Origin: Fistulifera solaris
Lineage: Eukaryota
Reading direction: 5' to 3'
Length of the DNA stretch: 64,000 bases
Assembly: GCA_030295235.1 (NCBI GenBank)
Contig: AP026145.1
Location: forward strand, 1 to 64,000
The number at the start of each line of letters is the position of its first letter. Positions within the stretch are counted from its first letter, which is position 1. Shown here one piece after another: positions 22,411-34,734 of the stretch. The translations under genes were made by a program, and so were the position numbers. The notes under the pieces are model-generated. The model was given only the letters and a program-made list of their open reading frames with translations. It was not told the origin of the DNA and did no database searches.

Positions 22411-23200
22411 ATGAGCGTTCCGCAAACACAACGAAAACAGAGAAAAGGATTCCCAGCTTACTATTATTACATTGCTTTCGCTTTTGTTGGGTGTTGTGTG
22501 TTGCTGCGGACGGTCCAGAGAGGCAACCGTATGAATGCAAACAATCAAACGAGTGGCTTCCGTGATTTTAATGATGGTTCATTATCAATAAACGCAATGA
22601 AATACGCACAAATAGAACAGGGACAGCTTGATGGGAGAAACGAATCGTTTCTCAAATATAAAGTGATTCAATCGTCGACAGGAAATGATTTGTCGATGAA
22701 AGAATGGGCTGAAGCACTTCACAACGACTACGAATCCTTCAATACACTTCTGTCTTCCTGTCCCTTTGATGCTTTTTTTCTGGGAATGTGCTCCCACAAC
22801 CGATGGCTCGAATCGAATGGAATTTGTACTCGTCGATGCTCCATCACTAGCACAATTTGCACGGACTGCGCCCGATCGACACGCTTTTCGAGCACATTTT
22901 CCTTCCGAACATATCGAGGTTGCTATGTTTCCCAGTTTGGGGCAAGATGCTCACTTGTTGGCTCCAAATACACAATCAGCGCAACCTTTTACGGACCTTG
23001 CCTATTTTACTCGACATGCGAGTAATTTACAACAAAAGGCATTGTATCAGCGTCTCTCGCAATTGTTGCAAGAACAAATTTCCAAACCGGGGAGAAAGCC
23101 TCTCTGGTTGTCGACCTCCGGAATGGGAATTGCGTGGTTACATATTCGGATGGATTCCCGACCGAAGTACTACACTTACAAGCCCTATAAAGTATTGTAA
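22411..23200 (+). CDS. Conserved hypothetical protein (DUF6940-like) with an N-terminal TM segment; frameshift near 22780
   Basis: FDAFFWEC, FPSLGQDAHLLAP and LWLSTSGMGIAWLHIRMDSRPKYY motifs across ORFs 22402-23025 and 22766-23200. Confidence 0.65.
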
Positions 23201-23270
23201 TATGTATTATACAAGAATTTAAAAATCGTTGTAATTCATACGTGTAATTAACAGCACACCAGATTATGCT

Positions 23271-24669
23271 TCAGTAACTCCGAGCGAGTTGCATGGAGCA
23301 AAAACGACACTGCCCTCTTCCCCCGCAGACTCGGAGTTTCTCAGCATCATCTCCACTGGTACATAGCGCTAAGCGATTGTTGTGTTCCATTCGGGCCCAC
23401 AGTTCGACTTCTTCGGGTGATTGGCCCAAAGGCATCGACGTTCCTCCGTATTCAGGCGGCAAGTGCTCCAGAGCGATTCGTTGTTGCATCGTTTGTCGAA
23501 TCTCCTCGGCTCCCCGAAGAATGTGAATCTTCTCCAGGGTGACTGGGTCCACCCAGGGCTTGACAACACTCCAGATCATTTTAAACCAGCTTGGAACGTT
23601 GATAATGTACACCGTCCCCGCTCGTTCGGGATAATGTTGATTGCAAAAGGCACTCGCGCGTTTGACGAAATCCATAACATCGCCCATGAAATCACCAAAA
23701 CGAATCCCTTGCAGATCGATAATATACAACGACTTGGCAGAGTCACTTCGTTCAACAATCTGCCATTGATATTCAACAATCATGGCATAATGCTGCAACA
23801 AGTCTTCTACCGAAACGCCGCCTTCGCGCAAGGCTTTCAAGTTTGTCTTGGCCGGTATCTCGTAAAAACAGGGTTCGTTGTTTTTACCCCGCATGTGAAA
23901 GTAATGCAAGTAATGTTGCTTAATCAAAGCGAAACGAGGATTCGGTCGGCGTAAAATGGTATCGATTCCCATTTCTTTTCGCCATTGCAGAGTAGCGCGA
24001 TATCGGCGCCAACCTTCGTCGACATTGCCTTTGCCGGCTCGCAAAAAGCGTTCGGGTAATTCCGAAGGAGGAGTTGGCGGTGGTAAGGGTGCTTGCCAGA
24101 TGGCCTGACATGACATCGGACGTTGACGAGGTGATAACGACGCCGATGATGTTGATGCAGTAGGCGCAAGCGACACTGTTTCCGTATGACCCCCACGTGG
24201 AATCATTTCGGTCGATCCTTCTTCGGAGCACGAATCGAATTCATCCACTGTTTTACCATTGCCGTATTCGTGAGCATCGTAAAAGTGGTCTCTACGCCAT
24301 TTCCTTCCGGATCCAATGTTCCTAGTACAATTCTTCCCTGATAGCAATGCCCCTTTTTCGGTTTTCGGAGAGCACGTGAGTTCTCGGACTGTAAAGATGA
24401 TGGGGGTACTAAAGGCTTGTTCTTGTTTGTCTTTTTGTTCTATCGTTGTTGTTTTGATTCATCGATTTGGGTGACTTGAGAAAGTGAATCGGTTCAAAGG
24501 AAAGAGCTGCGAGTAAATTATCGAGGCGATGTTTGTGTTTGCCTTTCTCGTTCGCAGTAAGAGATTCTGAATGATTTAGAAAGAGAAACATGTTGCTTTC
24601 TGCTCGAATAGATTGTTGTTTTATGAGAAATGGCAAAATCAACCAGAAAAAGAACCTTGTTGAGAGCAT
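23271..24669 (-). CDS. CRAL-TRIO (Sec14-like) lipid-binding protein
   Basis: RFLRA..TLQWRKE, IIDLQG, HYPERAG..YIINVPSWF..IWSVVKPWVDPVTLEKI, LPPEYGG; 5' end uncertain because of a frameshift near 24400. Confidence 0.88.
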
Positions 24670-25402
24670 GCAAAAGTGCGTTTAACGATTCCCTCTGGAC
24701 AGAAACTAAGTCGTGGTTCGTTCACTTCAAATGCAAACTGGGTCGTAGACAATCATCGGGTGTATGAAAGCTTTATTCGCCCGGTTTAAAAGGTAGTGTG
24801 CAAGAAGGATGACAAAATGTTGTGATCGAATTCGACACTAAGTTCCAGTCGTCGTTCGTCGTCGCGAAAAAAATCATCGCAAAAAAAAAATACAGTAAAC
24901 AACCTTGCGCAAAACCGCTCCAACAATGCCGGCGTTCAAATTTCGGCAACCAGATTCAGTATAGTTAAAAAGTAGTCTGGGCACTTATGTCGTTTAAATC
25001 CAAAAAGCGTTCCTTTTCGTTGCGACACGTATGTACTGATGACACATGAGTCATGACTCATGACTGAAAAGCAGTCTATAAATTGTAGGGGTTCACATTG
25101 GGTATTTTTTTTTACTTCAGCCAAGAGCTAACAAACTAAACTCAAATTTAACAGTCCGAGAATCACCCATTACTTTGAGCTCCAAACCGTAAATTATGAA
25201 GAGGAAACAAGAAGAGGAGGCAGTCAAGCGAATGATTAAGAATAGATAAGAACTTTTGTTGACAATCACAATGACTTATCATACTAGTTTACGATGGCTA
25301 CCGTACGTGTGAGATTGTATAAAAATACTGAGACCATTTTTAGCGAAACGATGAGAAAGAACACAATAAAAGCAATCGACCATTCGTTGCGTCATCAGTC
25401 GA

Positions 25403-28400
25403 TCAATCAGTTGAAGATTGACCACTATTTTCGGCTTCCTTCCACTCTTTAAACGTAGGATCATGATCGGCGGGAGTTTTCCACGCTTCTTCAAAAACTT
25501 CTCGTGGAAAAGATATTGCACTTTCTTCGACAGCCGTGGCGAACTCTGTCGCTACTTCACTTTCAATCGGAAAAACCACAGCATAATCAGTTTCGAAATT
25601 CACGATCCAACTAGTCCAGTGATTGGCAGCGAGTCGCTCTGCAAAGGTTCTTCCACTTTGTCCCATTTCAGGTGGAGCATTATCATCATTGTCAGTGACT
25701 TGCTCCAAACGCTCGTCGATAGCCAAATGTGCAAGGCGCAAAACGACCGCAACACACGCGGAATTCAGACACACCGCTACAAGTAGGAAAGTACTATCCC
25801 ACGAAACGGATGCATTGACTGAAAAGCAAGAATCGATCTGCGATTCACTTTGGTCTTCCAAAATCTTATGAAGAAAATCGCATCGGTCGCCAATTATGAA
25901 AGACGAAAATGTCGATATTTGCAGCAAAGCCGCCACAATGCTTAGCGCAAACACTTCGACAGCGCTCCATGCATTGGCGATCTCAGCCAGTGTAATCAAT
26001 GCGAGCTGGCCACGCGTAGTCATCGGGACCACAACAAAGGTAGCCAGGAATAAAAGAGTCGCGAAGGGTGTAAAAACAGCATAGAAGTAGTAAGCACACA
26101 ATAGAAGAAAAATGCCATTGCTGTCTGAGTTCTCCACACTGTTCGATAAGGATGAACCCAAGCTCAAAAGCGAGTACGATGTTCTGCGCTTTTCACCGAG
26201 AATCATCCCGCCAAGCCCCCCAAAAATCAAAATGGAAACATTTTCTTGCCATACCTAATCCCAATAAAAATAGCGTGAGCGTGATAGTTGACGCGACGCA
26301 AATGAAGAAATTCTGAGAGAGCCTGAGTTTGCGACCTTCAATAAAATATCGATGATTGATCAATGTCTCAGTCTCACTATTCGATGCTCCCTTACGAGAC
26401 AGCCGTACACGCCGGTGATAGTAGACCAGCAAGTGACCAGCAATTAGTGACAAAGCAGTTGCCAGCAAAAAACCGTAGAATCCAAAGAGCGGGGTAACGT
26501 AGACATCTAGAGCCAAGGATTCGTTCTGCTCGGGCGATAGATCCAAGTGGTAACGGAATGCGACGACGAAAAGGACCAGGACGTAAGTGTCGACCAAGGA
26601 GAATTTGCTTAGGGCGTCCAAAGCCAAAAGGAGCCGCTCGCGTCGTCTGACCGACAAAAAGCTTGTTTCCGCCACCCAAGATATGAGCATCAAAATCAAC
26701 TTGCAGTAAGGCCAAATGCCGCTAAACGCGATCACAAGAAAGAAAAGGGGATAGATTTTAGCGTGCAGCATTTCTTTAGCCGTATTGACCAAAGAGAATT
26801 CAAAGAGTGGCGGGATACGTATCGCTTCGTCACCAGATCTTATAACCAGATTCACTGCAGCTCCAACGTTCAAGTTGCTCAATACTAGCAAGACAGTTGT
26901 TGACAAAATAAGGACAGGCACAAAAACTCGGAAGAAATATGGAACATTCGCTGAATGCATTAAGCAAGTTCTGGGTAACGTTTCTAAAACAGGCAGCGCA
27001 TCCTCGCTTTGATCAAACATTATGGATGGGTCGTTGAGCAAAGGCTCCTCCAAAGCGGGTACGGTTTGTCGATGCAATGACCCTTCATATCTTGTTACTG
27101 GGGATGTCTTCAAAAGCAGCAGAACGGATTGTGCAAAAATCAAGACGGCGCCGATAACCAAAAATATTGAAGAATAGCTGATTGGTTCAACTTCATTGTC
27201 GTCGGAGTGATTCGGTGGTGGCGTTACACCTTCGCAAGAATAAGTGGCATGTGTGAGAAGCGATCTCGACGTACTTGCCAGCAAATCATTTGCAGATATA
27301 ACTGCCCAGTTGGAAAATTGAAAGATACTTTTCTGTACTTCCGGATAATCGTTCGAGTCGAGAGATAATATAAATGTTTGATTCCAGTTGGGACTTTGCA
27401 GAATGCCGCGCAGTTTAGTCTGGAATCGCCGAAAGGTACTATTCGTAGGGTCGAATGACATGGAGAGAGGCGTCAGTAAGCATTGATCGTGTTTCAAGAC
27501 GTGTGACAAACTGAGCCGTCGTAATTCGGAAAAATCGTACGACAGTGCGGACTTGAACAAAAGAAAGATGCCATCCAAACTGGTCTCCCAAACAATTGCA
27601 GCTGTAATGTTGAGCGGCGCAAAATGAAATTTCCAGCGGCGGTGACTAGCGGTTTGAAATCGGAATCGAAGGCTGAATCATACATTGTAGACGTGTTGAA
27701 ACGATGACCACCATCAGGGTCGAAAACCTGCATCTCTTGAAAGCGACCAAGATTATCAATCAGGAACGATTCCAGTTCAAACAACTTGAACTTCAAGGCT
27801 AATGGTGAACTACCCCAATGCAGCTCAACCACACGACTTATAAAGGTGCCGATGCAATCCACATACTGGTTCAAATCGCCAATAGTACGCGGTTGATTGA
27901 GAAAGTCATTGAGGTAAATCAAGTATTCGGTAATGTTGATGTCATCCCCAGCAATAAATGGTTCTGAATGTTTCGACGCATGCTGGCTTGACAAAATTTC
28001 ATCTACCGACGAAATTGTGTTATTCAAGAACTCGTTTAAAGCTTGTCTGGCAAAACCATTTATACTCGCCTTGACGATCGCTTGTACGAGTGGCTGGTAT
28101 TCGCTCAGGATGAGCTGAAATAGGTTGTTCAGTGCGCCATCCAGATCTTCTTCCAGCGTTCGTACCGACACCGATGAGTTGACATGAGGAATTATTAACA
28201 AGGATGATAGAATCATGTCAACATTCAGTTTCGAAGCCTCGAGACGATCCGCTCCATGAAGAAGGTCAACGAGAGATTGCCGTGTCCTTGTTTCGTTCTT
28301 CGCGAGAATTCCATGAATGAGGCCGATGATTGTGTCCATCGTCAACGCCTGAAAAACTAACGCTTGATAATCGAGTTCCAGATCCAATAGTACTTTCAAC

Positions 28401-29653
28401 GACTCCGCATGTAATTGCACAGAAAAAGACTCAATCAAATCATCTCCTTGAAATATTCCATCGGGTATCGTTTGAATGATTATTTTCATATCACACCGTA
28501 AAGTTGAATTCCGATTTTCCAGCGAAGAACTAATTGCGTTCCAGCTCTGGATTCTCAACAAATCCACAAGCTCCCAGTGCTCCAGTCCTGAAACAATGGA
28601 TAAGTTGTGCATTTGCAATTCGAGCTGTGCATAATGCGGCACGAGTATGGAGATATTTTGAAAGGGCAACGGGATCGTCACCCCGTTCGGTCGATGATTC
28701 ACAATGAGGGATTGCATGACCCCATTCCAACCTTCGAAACAGAAACCACAGGAAGACTCTTCCGTCTGATTATTCGGTAACCAGTGATGCGGTAACAGTC
28801 CTTCGTTTAAATGAGGTTGAATGAGTACATCATTGAGCCAATCCATCGAGTTCTTAAAGAATGGAACGTCCGTTTGTAAATTCATAAAGTTCGATTCCGT
28901 TGTTTGTATCGTTTCGTCCAATATTTGTCGGTTTGGTGCTACAAGTAGCGGTGAATTGACTGTGTCTTTGGATGTTAATGGCGACGACGGCGTCAAGATA
29001 CGATCGATCCACTCATTGACTTTCGATAGTTGCTGTGTCATCCACGGATCGACTTGTGTAGGAAACAAGGGACAAATTTGTTGCTGTATCGCGCCTGTCA
29101 CATAGTTGGATATTTGTTTCGCGAATAAGTTTACAATTTTGGCCGAAATACTTCCCGTAAATTGCAGATCGTCGAGTTGAATGTTGGTTTGACAATTTGT
29201 TGTATGTACTGCTCGAGGTCGCAGAATGGTAGAAATAGGTGTTGCTGTATCCGCCGATGACAAAATCTGCAACGCAATATCAATTGCATGATCCGAACTG
29301 TTGATTTGTGCATATATTTCTCCTGCAATGATACCTCCGGTCACTTGATACGATCCTTGACAAATCGTAGATACATTTTGTGCATTCCATTGAAGCGTAG
29401 AAGGCGCTGAATAAGAAGAAGGCAAGGACCCGACTGTAAAGTTAGTACAGTGCAAATGACTGATTTCGATTGAAACAAGACCGGAATGGAAAGATTGATC
29501 GGGAATGTTAACTTGCAAATGCCACAACCAACAAGCGAGAGGATCATAACGGCCGTTCGAAGAATGCCAGCATTCAGAGGGAAACTGCCATATTGTTTGC
29601 CCAACAGCGATGCGGTAGAATACAAAGAAGAGAACTACAAGAGAGGGCCGCAT
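25403..29653 (-). CDS. Signal-peptide protein with a TULIP/BPI-like ectodomain and two PqiA (paraquat-inducible A/LetA)-like membrane domains; frameshifts near 27560 and 26220
   Basis: ORFs 27494-29701, 26193-27578 and 25403-26230 overlap end to end; PqiA-like motifs FSGIWPYCKL, LSKFSLVDTYVLV and AWSAVEVFALSIVAALLQ. Confidence 0.7.
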
Positions 29654-29744
29654 TTTTGATAAAAAGTTAATGATGTTTATAGAGTCTTCTTTCCATTGCA
29701 TTGTATAGAGAGTGTTGAGATCTCTTTCGACTGCGATGTAAACT

Positions 29745-30244
29745 CAATATCCGGGTACCCCCTCTGTCGATAAATTTCCCTACGAGAGCTACGTGAAATT
29801 ACGTAGACATTCGAAGCGTGGCATCATTCGTTCCATCGACGTTCTGTTTTCAAATCGACGGCGAATATTGCTTAGTTATACGAAGCAAATACGGTGGGCA
29901 AGGAAACGTTGACATTTGCGCACTGTAGATCGAAGAAATGGATGACGGCGTAAAAATGCAATCTCCGGGTACCCCTGCAGAGATAAATTTCCTACGGCGG
30001 CTACGTAAAATACGCGTAGACACTAGACGCGTTGTATCATTGTACTGTTTCATGTTTCACTGTCAAATCAAAGTCGATTATTGTTTCATGGCTCGCATTA
30101 GCGATGTTGGTCAAAGCATTGTTGACATTAATGTCCAAAAGACGCGTTTAACGGTGTGATCGAATTAACACAATATCCGGGTACCCCCTCTGTCGATAAA
30201 TTTCCCTACGAGAGCTACGTGAAATCACGTAGACATTCGAAGCC
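29745..30244. repeat. Dispersed, diverged copy (A-B-A cores) of the 437-bp repeat family at 45.3-47.8 kb
   Basis: aatatccgggtacccc..gataaatttcc..ctacg..agctacgt..acgtagaca cores near 29746, 29960 and 30172. Confidence 0.9.
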
Positions 30245-30625
30245 AAAATAATGCATCGTCATCGTCTTTCCTCTTTGCTCCGTTTTATTCAATTTAATGG
30301 CGATTGCTGTTTATGGGTACGAAGAGGAAGAGTTCGTGTCGTTATATATGATATTGGGACCAGGGAATGCAAAATTTGCACAACGATTCTCAAAAAGAGC
30401 AAAGCTTGTAGCTATTACCCGCGACAGGTGTAAACGCCGGACGCCCCGAGCCAAACATTGTCGGCGTAGATGTCTAAAGAGTGACAGCACTATATTCCTA
30501 TGCTAATGATGTAACAGATAAAAGTACGTTCAAAGGTGATGCGCTTATCCGCGGGCGTCATTAATAGGGAATGTAAATGTATCGGAAGACGCGCAAATGT
30601 CATGAGAATCGTTCATGGATCTGTA

Positions 30626-32234
30626 TTACTTGTTGTTCCAGCTGGTAAGAGGGGAACCGAAGGATAAACTCATGGGAGAGAATACTGGAGACATCGCGTC
30701 GAGTTTACGCGGCATAGGCGTATCGTTCATCGAACTGACTGACGCCATGGATGAAACGGCAATCGTTGGAATTTTGACGTTTACATTTTCAATGATGTCG
30801 GAGACCTCGGAAAGCCAGGAAAGAACGTCTTTCGTGTTGCACTCGAACGGATCGGGACGATTCAAGAATAGCTGAACCCAATAATCAGGAATATCTACTG
30901 ATGGCGAATCGCAACCGTAAGGCGTCGTCGGGTAGTATGCCTTGTCGACAAATGGAGTACCGGGGAAATAACCGCGTGCATTAGGATTCAATGGAACTGT
31001 CTTGCGAGGCGTTGGTTGGCCTGCTTTCCAGTGAGGCGTCTTGCGGTAGGAAGTGGCAGCCTTATTTTTGGTTGTCGGCGATAAAGAGTCTCTGAACGAA
31101 ACCACCTTATCGATATTCTCAGAGTTTGGAGAGTCTTTGCCTTCCTTAGCCATTGATGCCATCGCGTCCAAAGCACTCGAATCCTTTTCCTTTTCGTACG
31201 AGTCGGTAACCATGATGTTGCTCGGTTCGTGGCCGCTCTTCTCTTTCGAAGACATGATTTCATTGCCGTCCGCCTCCACCTTCGTCTTGCTTTTTTAAGG
31301 ATATAGGTGACGATTCATCTTCATCCAACAAAGTGCCAAGGAAGGAAGCCAAATCGGCGTCGTCGACGACAACATCCGTCGGCAAAATGCTCATATCACC
31401 GGTCGAATTGATGTTTGAAGCTTTGGTCCAACTGTCGAGACGGCTCTTTTCATGTTTGACTACCGAGGGCGGGTAACGAAACGCCGTCTCCCGAACCGCG
31501 TCTAACCATTTCCAGACCGAGAACTGCGATCCCATCTGTGGACGAGAGAGGTACAAATGATTCCATTCCTCCAGTCCAGGGATGATTTGAGTCGAAACGA
31601 GAGACTGCGAAGAGCGGGTTTCAGAAGGAGTAGGAATGATCGGCAACGACATGAGAGAAAAGGGCGGTTTCTTTTCGAAGCTTCGTTTCGTAGAGAGCGA
31701 GTTTGACATGGCACTTTGAGCCATCACGTCGAATTCGGGGCTTAGAAACTGCGTAATGTCGTTGCTTGTCATCTTGGGAGTCGCCATCGACGCGGCTCGT
31801 AGCTTAAGGCGTTCCTCCGTTGCTCGCGTTTTCTTTTGCGTAGAGGTGCGCTGGCTTCGACGCAATGACGATGTGGGAGACTTGTCGTTCGGCGTCAATT
31901 TTGGAGTCAAAGATTGTTCGAATTCAACGGTGACGACTTGAGACTTTGTCGAGCTGGGCGGGAAAGACAGACTCTTTTTTAATTTTCGAGAGACGCTACA
32001 CTTTTCGCTGAACAAGGGGGACAATTGATCAGCGCTTGTACTTGAAGCGGACTCATCCAAGAGATTGGGCATCTTGTCAATCTCACGAAAGAGTGCAGCG
32101 TCTTTCTTGTCGTTGTCATTGATGTCGGTGCTCGACTTGAAAAGAGGATCATTCTCCAGGTCTTCCGTGGTGATCCACATATCCCAATCCTGGGCCACAC
32201 GCTGGTTCTTGCTATAGTCGTATACGTCGCTCAT
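30626..32234 (-). CDS. Hypothetical S/T/P-rich disordered protein with two copies of a W-x2-L-x-L-x-RP...V-x2-WL motif; probable frameshift near 31290
   Basis: ORFs 31260-32234 and 30626-31279 overlap at a poly-T run and each carries one copy of the motif. Confidence 0.6.
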
Positions 32235-32689
32235 GTTGAAAGTGTTAATATGATTAATTCAATGCTTGATTGTTTGTGCTTGTTGTAATGATTGCTTGTC
32301 GATGAAGAACAAGAAGAAGTCGGGATCCTTTTGATTTTGGCCGTTTTCTTTCAAAGAATTTCGCAACGTCACTTTGCGCGCGTGACGGTCAAGTTGTTTA
32401 GGTGACATGCCGCGCCGTCAAGACCACAAGACTACACTTCGATTCATATTAATACTCTTACTGTACGAAGAATGGTAAAGTTTCAGTCACACGAAGCGTC
32501 CAATCAAAATCATCGATAACAAGTCTCGTCCGTGCGTCGCTCGATAGCTGTGTTGCGCTCCTTCCATCTCCACCCATGCCACAAGAAGTTTTCTAACTCA
32601 ATCACTGAAAACATCCTTTTTCGTCTATTCTAGCAGTCCATCTCTTTTATACTCTATCTGATCTATTCTATACTCTTAGTGAAGTCAAA

Positions 32690-34559
32690 ATGGCGGAACA
32701 AGTGCAAGCGACGCTCGACCAGATGGTCGAACCATTGCAAGATTTGCAGCAAAGAAACGTCTTCACTCCGGCGGAAATTCATGCGATTGTCGAGAGACGA
32801 CGCGATTACGAGTACATGTTGCGTCGACGTAATGTGCGTAAAGTCGATTGCTTGAAGTACGTTGATGATGAGGTTAAATTAGAGCAGTTACGGGAGTTGC
32901 GTATACGAAAAATTCAACGGGAAGCGCGTGAAGCTCTACAGAAACTGCCTCGCGAGGAACGTGAAAAGCAAGCCCAGAAAATGATCAAGAAACATATTGG
33001 CGATCGACATGTCTTGCAACACATCCATTCATTATGGACAAGGATCTTTCGGAAATTTCGTGCCGATCAAGATCTTTATTTGCAGTATGCAGATTTTTTG
33101 AAACAACAGGGTGCACACGGCAAGCTATCTCAACTTTACGCAAGTGTGTTGGCGATTTTCCCACGAGAGTCCGCCTGGTGGATCCGAGCAGCCTCGCATG
33201 AGTTTTTTACAAACAACAATGTACAAGCGGCTCGAGTCATGCTACAAAGAGGTATCCGTGTTAACCCGAAATCAAATGATTTGTGGGTACAATCGTTCGT
33301 CCTCGAACTACACTTTGTTCAGAAAATTCATGGGCGTCGTCAATTGCTAGAGCTGCCAAAAGCTTCGAAAGAAGATGACGACATTTATAAATTAGCGCGA
33401 TTAGTGCATGATAACGCGATTCTTTCAGCGGAGGACGATGGAGCGGTGGGTCTCTTGATGTGGCAGCATTGTGAGTATTTTCCGCACACGAACGAATTGC
33501 AACAGCACATTTTGCAAGCTCTGCGAAAACGGTGCAGTGATAAACCACAAGCATGGATCGCCATGGCGCGATGCAGTCTGCAGTCGCCAAGTCAGAGCTT
33601 AGAACAGAACGAAACGAACGATGACGACAATGAGGAAGACGGAAATTCGAGTGAAAGTGATCATGACGAGGAAAATGTTGAGATACCATTACCGCCGCCG
33701 AAGAAAAAGCAGAAGCTAGAAGCAAAGAAAGAATCTGTTCTTGTGATTTTGAATGAAGCTATTCAAAGCATTCCCACCAGTGAGATGTATGTAGAATCTG
33801 TTCGCTTCTTACGAGGTATTCCTATGACGGAAAGTCGGCGAAAACTTATTGAAAAGATTTTCGCAAACGCTAGTGCACAAGATAAAGTCACAGTCGAGTT
33901 ACTGCTGGAGCATGTTGACTTTTTTAGAAGGAAGCGATCAAACAAAGCAGGCGCTGAAAAAGTTGCGCAAGTATACCGCGAACAATAAAGTTTCGGACGC
34001 GCGAGTTTGGACCCGATGGGCGAAAATTGTGTTTCCAAACCCGGAAGCCGCGACAGTTTTATCCAAAGCATTAAAAGTAATTCCCATGGCCTCGTCGGAT
34101 CACTACATGACCGTATTGTTACAACTGTTGGGGACAATGATGGCGTTAAAGCGTCACAATGACTACTGGGCGCTGTGGGAACAAGTCCTCTTGTTGGCGC
34201 CGGGATGCCAAGGCCTGGTTGATGACGCGACTTTATTTGGCATCAAAAGCATTGCTGATGGATGTTTGCAGTTCTTGACACATATTTCATCTTTGAAGTT
34301 GCTGTCAGATGTTCGGAAAATATACGAGGCCGTGTTATTTCAATCTTCCATGATGGATAGAATGGACGAGTCTAACGCCCATTTGTTCAAGTCTTTCGTC
34401 GAAACGGCCATCGAACACGAACGTTTGGGCTCCGACGACAATTCCAGTAAGAAACAACGTATCTCTCGCATCTTGGACGTTGCGTTGAGAAAGTTTCAGA
34501 ACTTTGTCGACCTTGCCGATGACCTTCGACAAAAGCGAGAAGATGCACTTTATGGGTAA
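32690..34559 (+). CDS. UTP6: U3 snoRNA-associated protein 6 (HAT repeats); frameshift near 33925
   Basis: MAEQVQATLDQMVEPLQDL..VFTPAEIHAIVERRRDYEYML; WIRAASHEF..NNVQAARVMLQRGIRVNP. Confidence 0.9.
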
Positions 34560-34734
34560 ATAAGCTATCGTTGCCATTATCATCTGGTAATTTTAGAACG
34601 CGATCTCGAATACTCATTCATTCTGTTGCTGCGGATAATACAGGGACTTCTGTAGATATCGCGATCGACCGAGTTTCCCCTGTTTCGATTATGAAACCTC
34701 ATCTGCCGACCTAATTCTAGATGCTTACAAGCAG

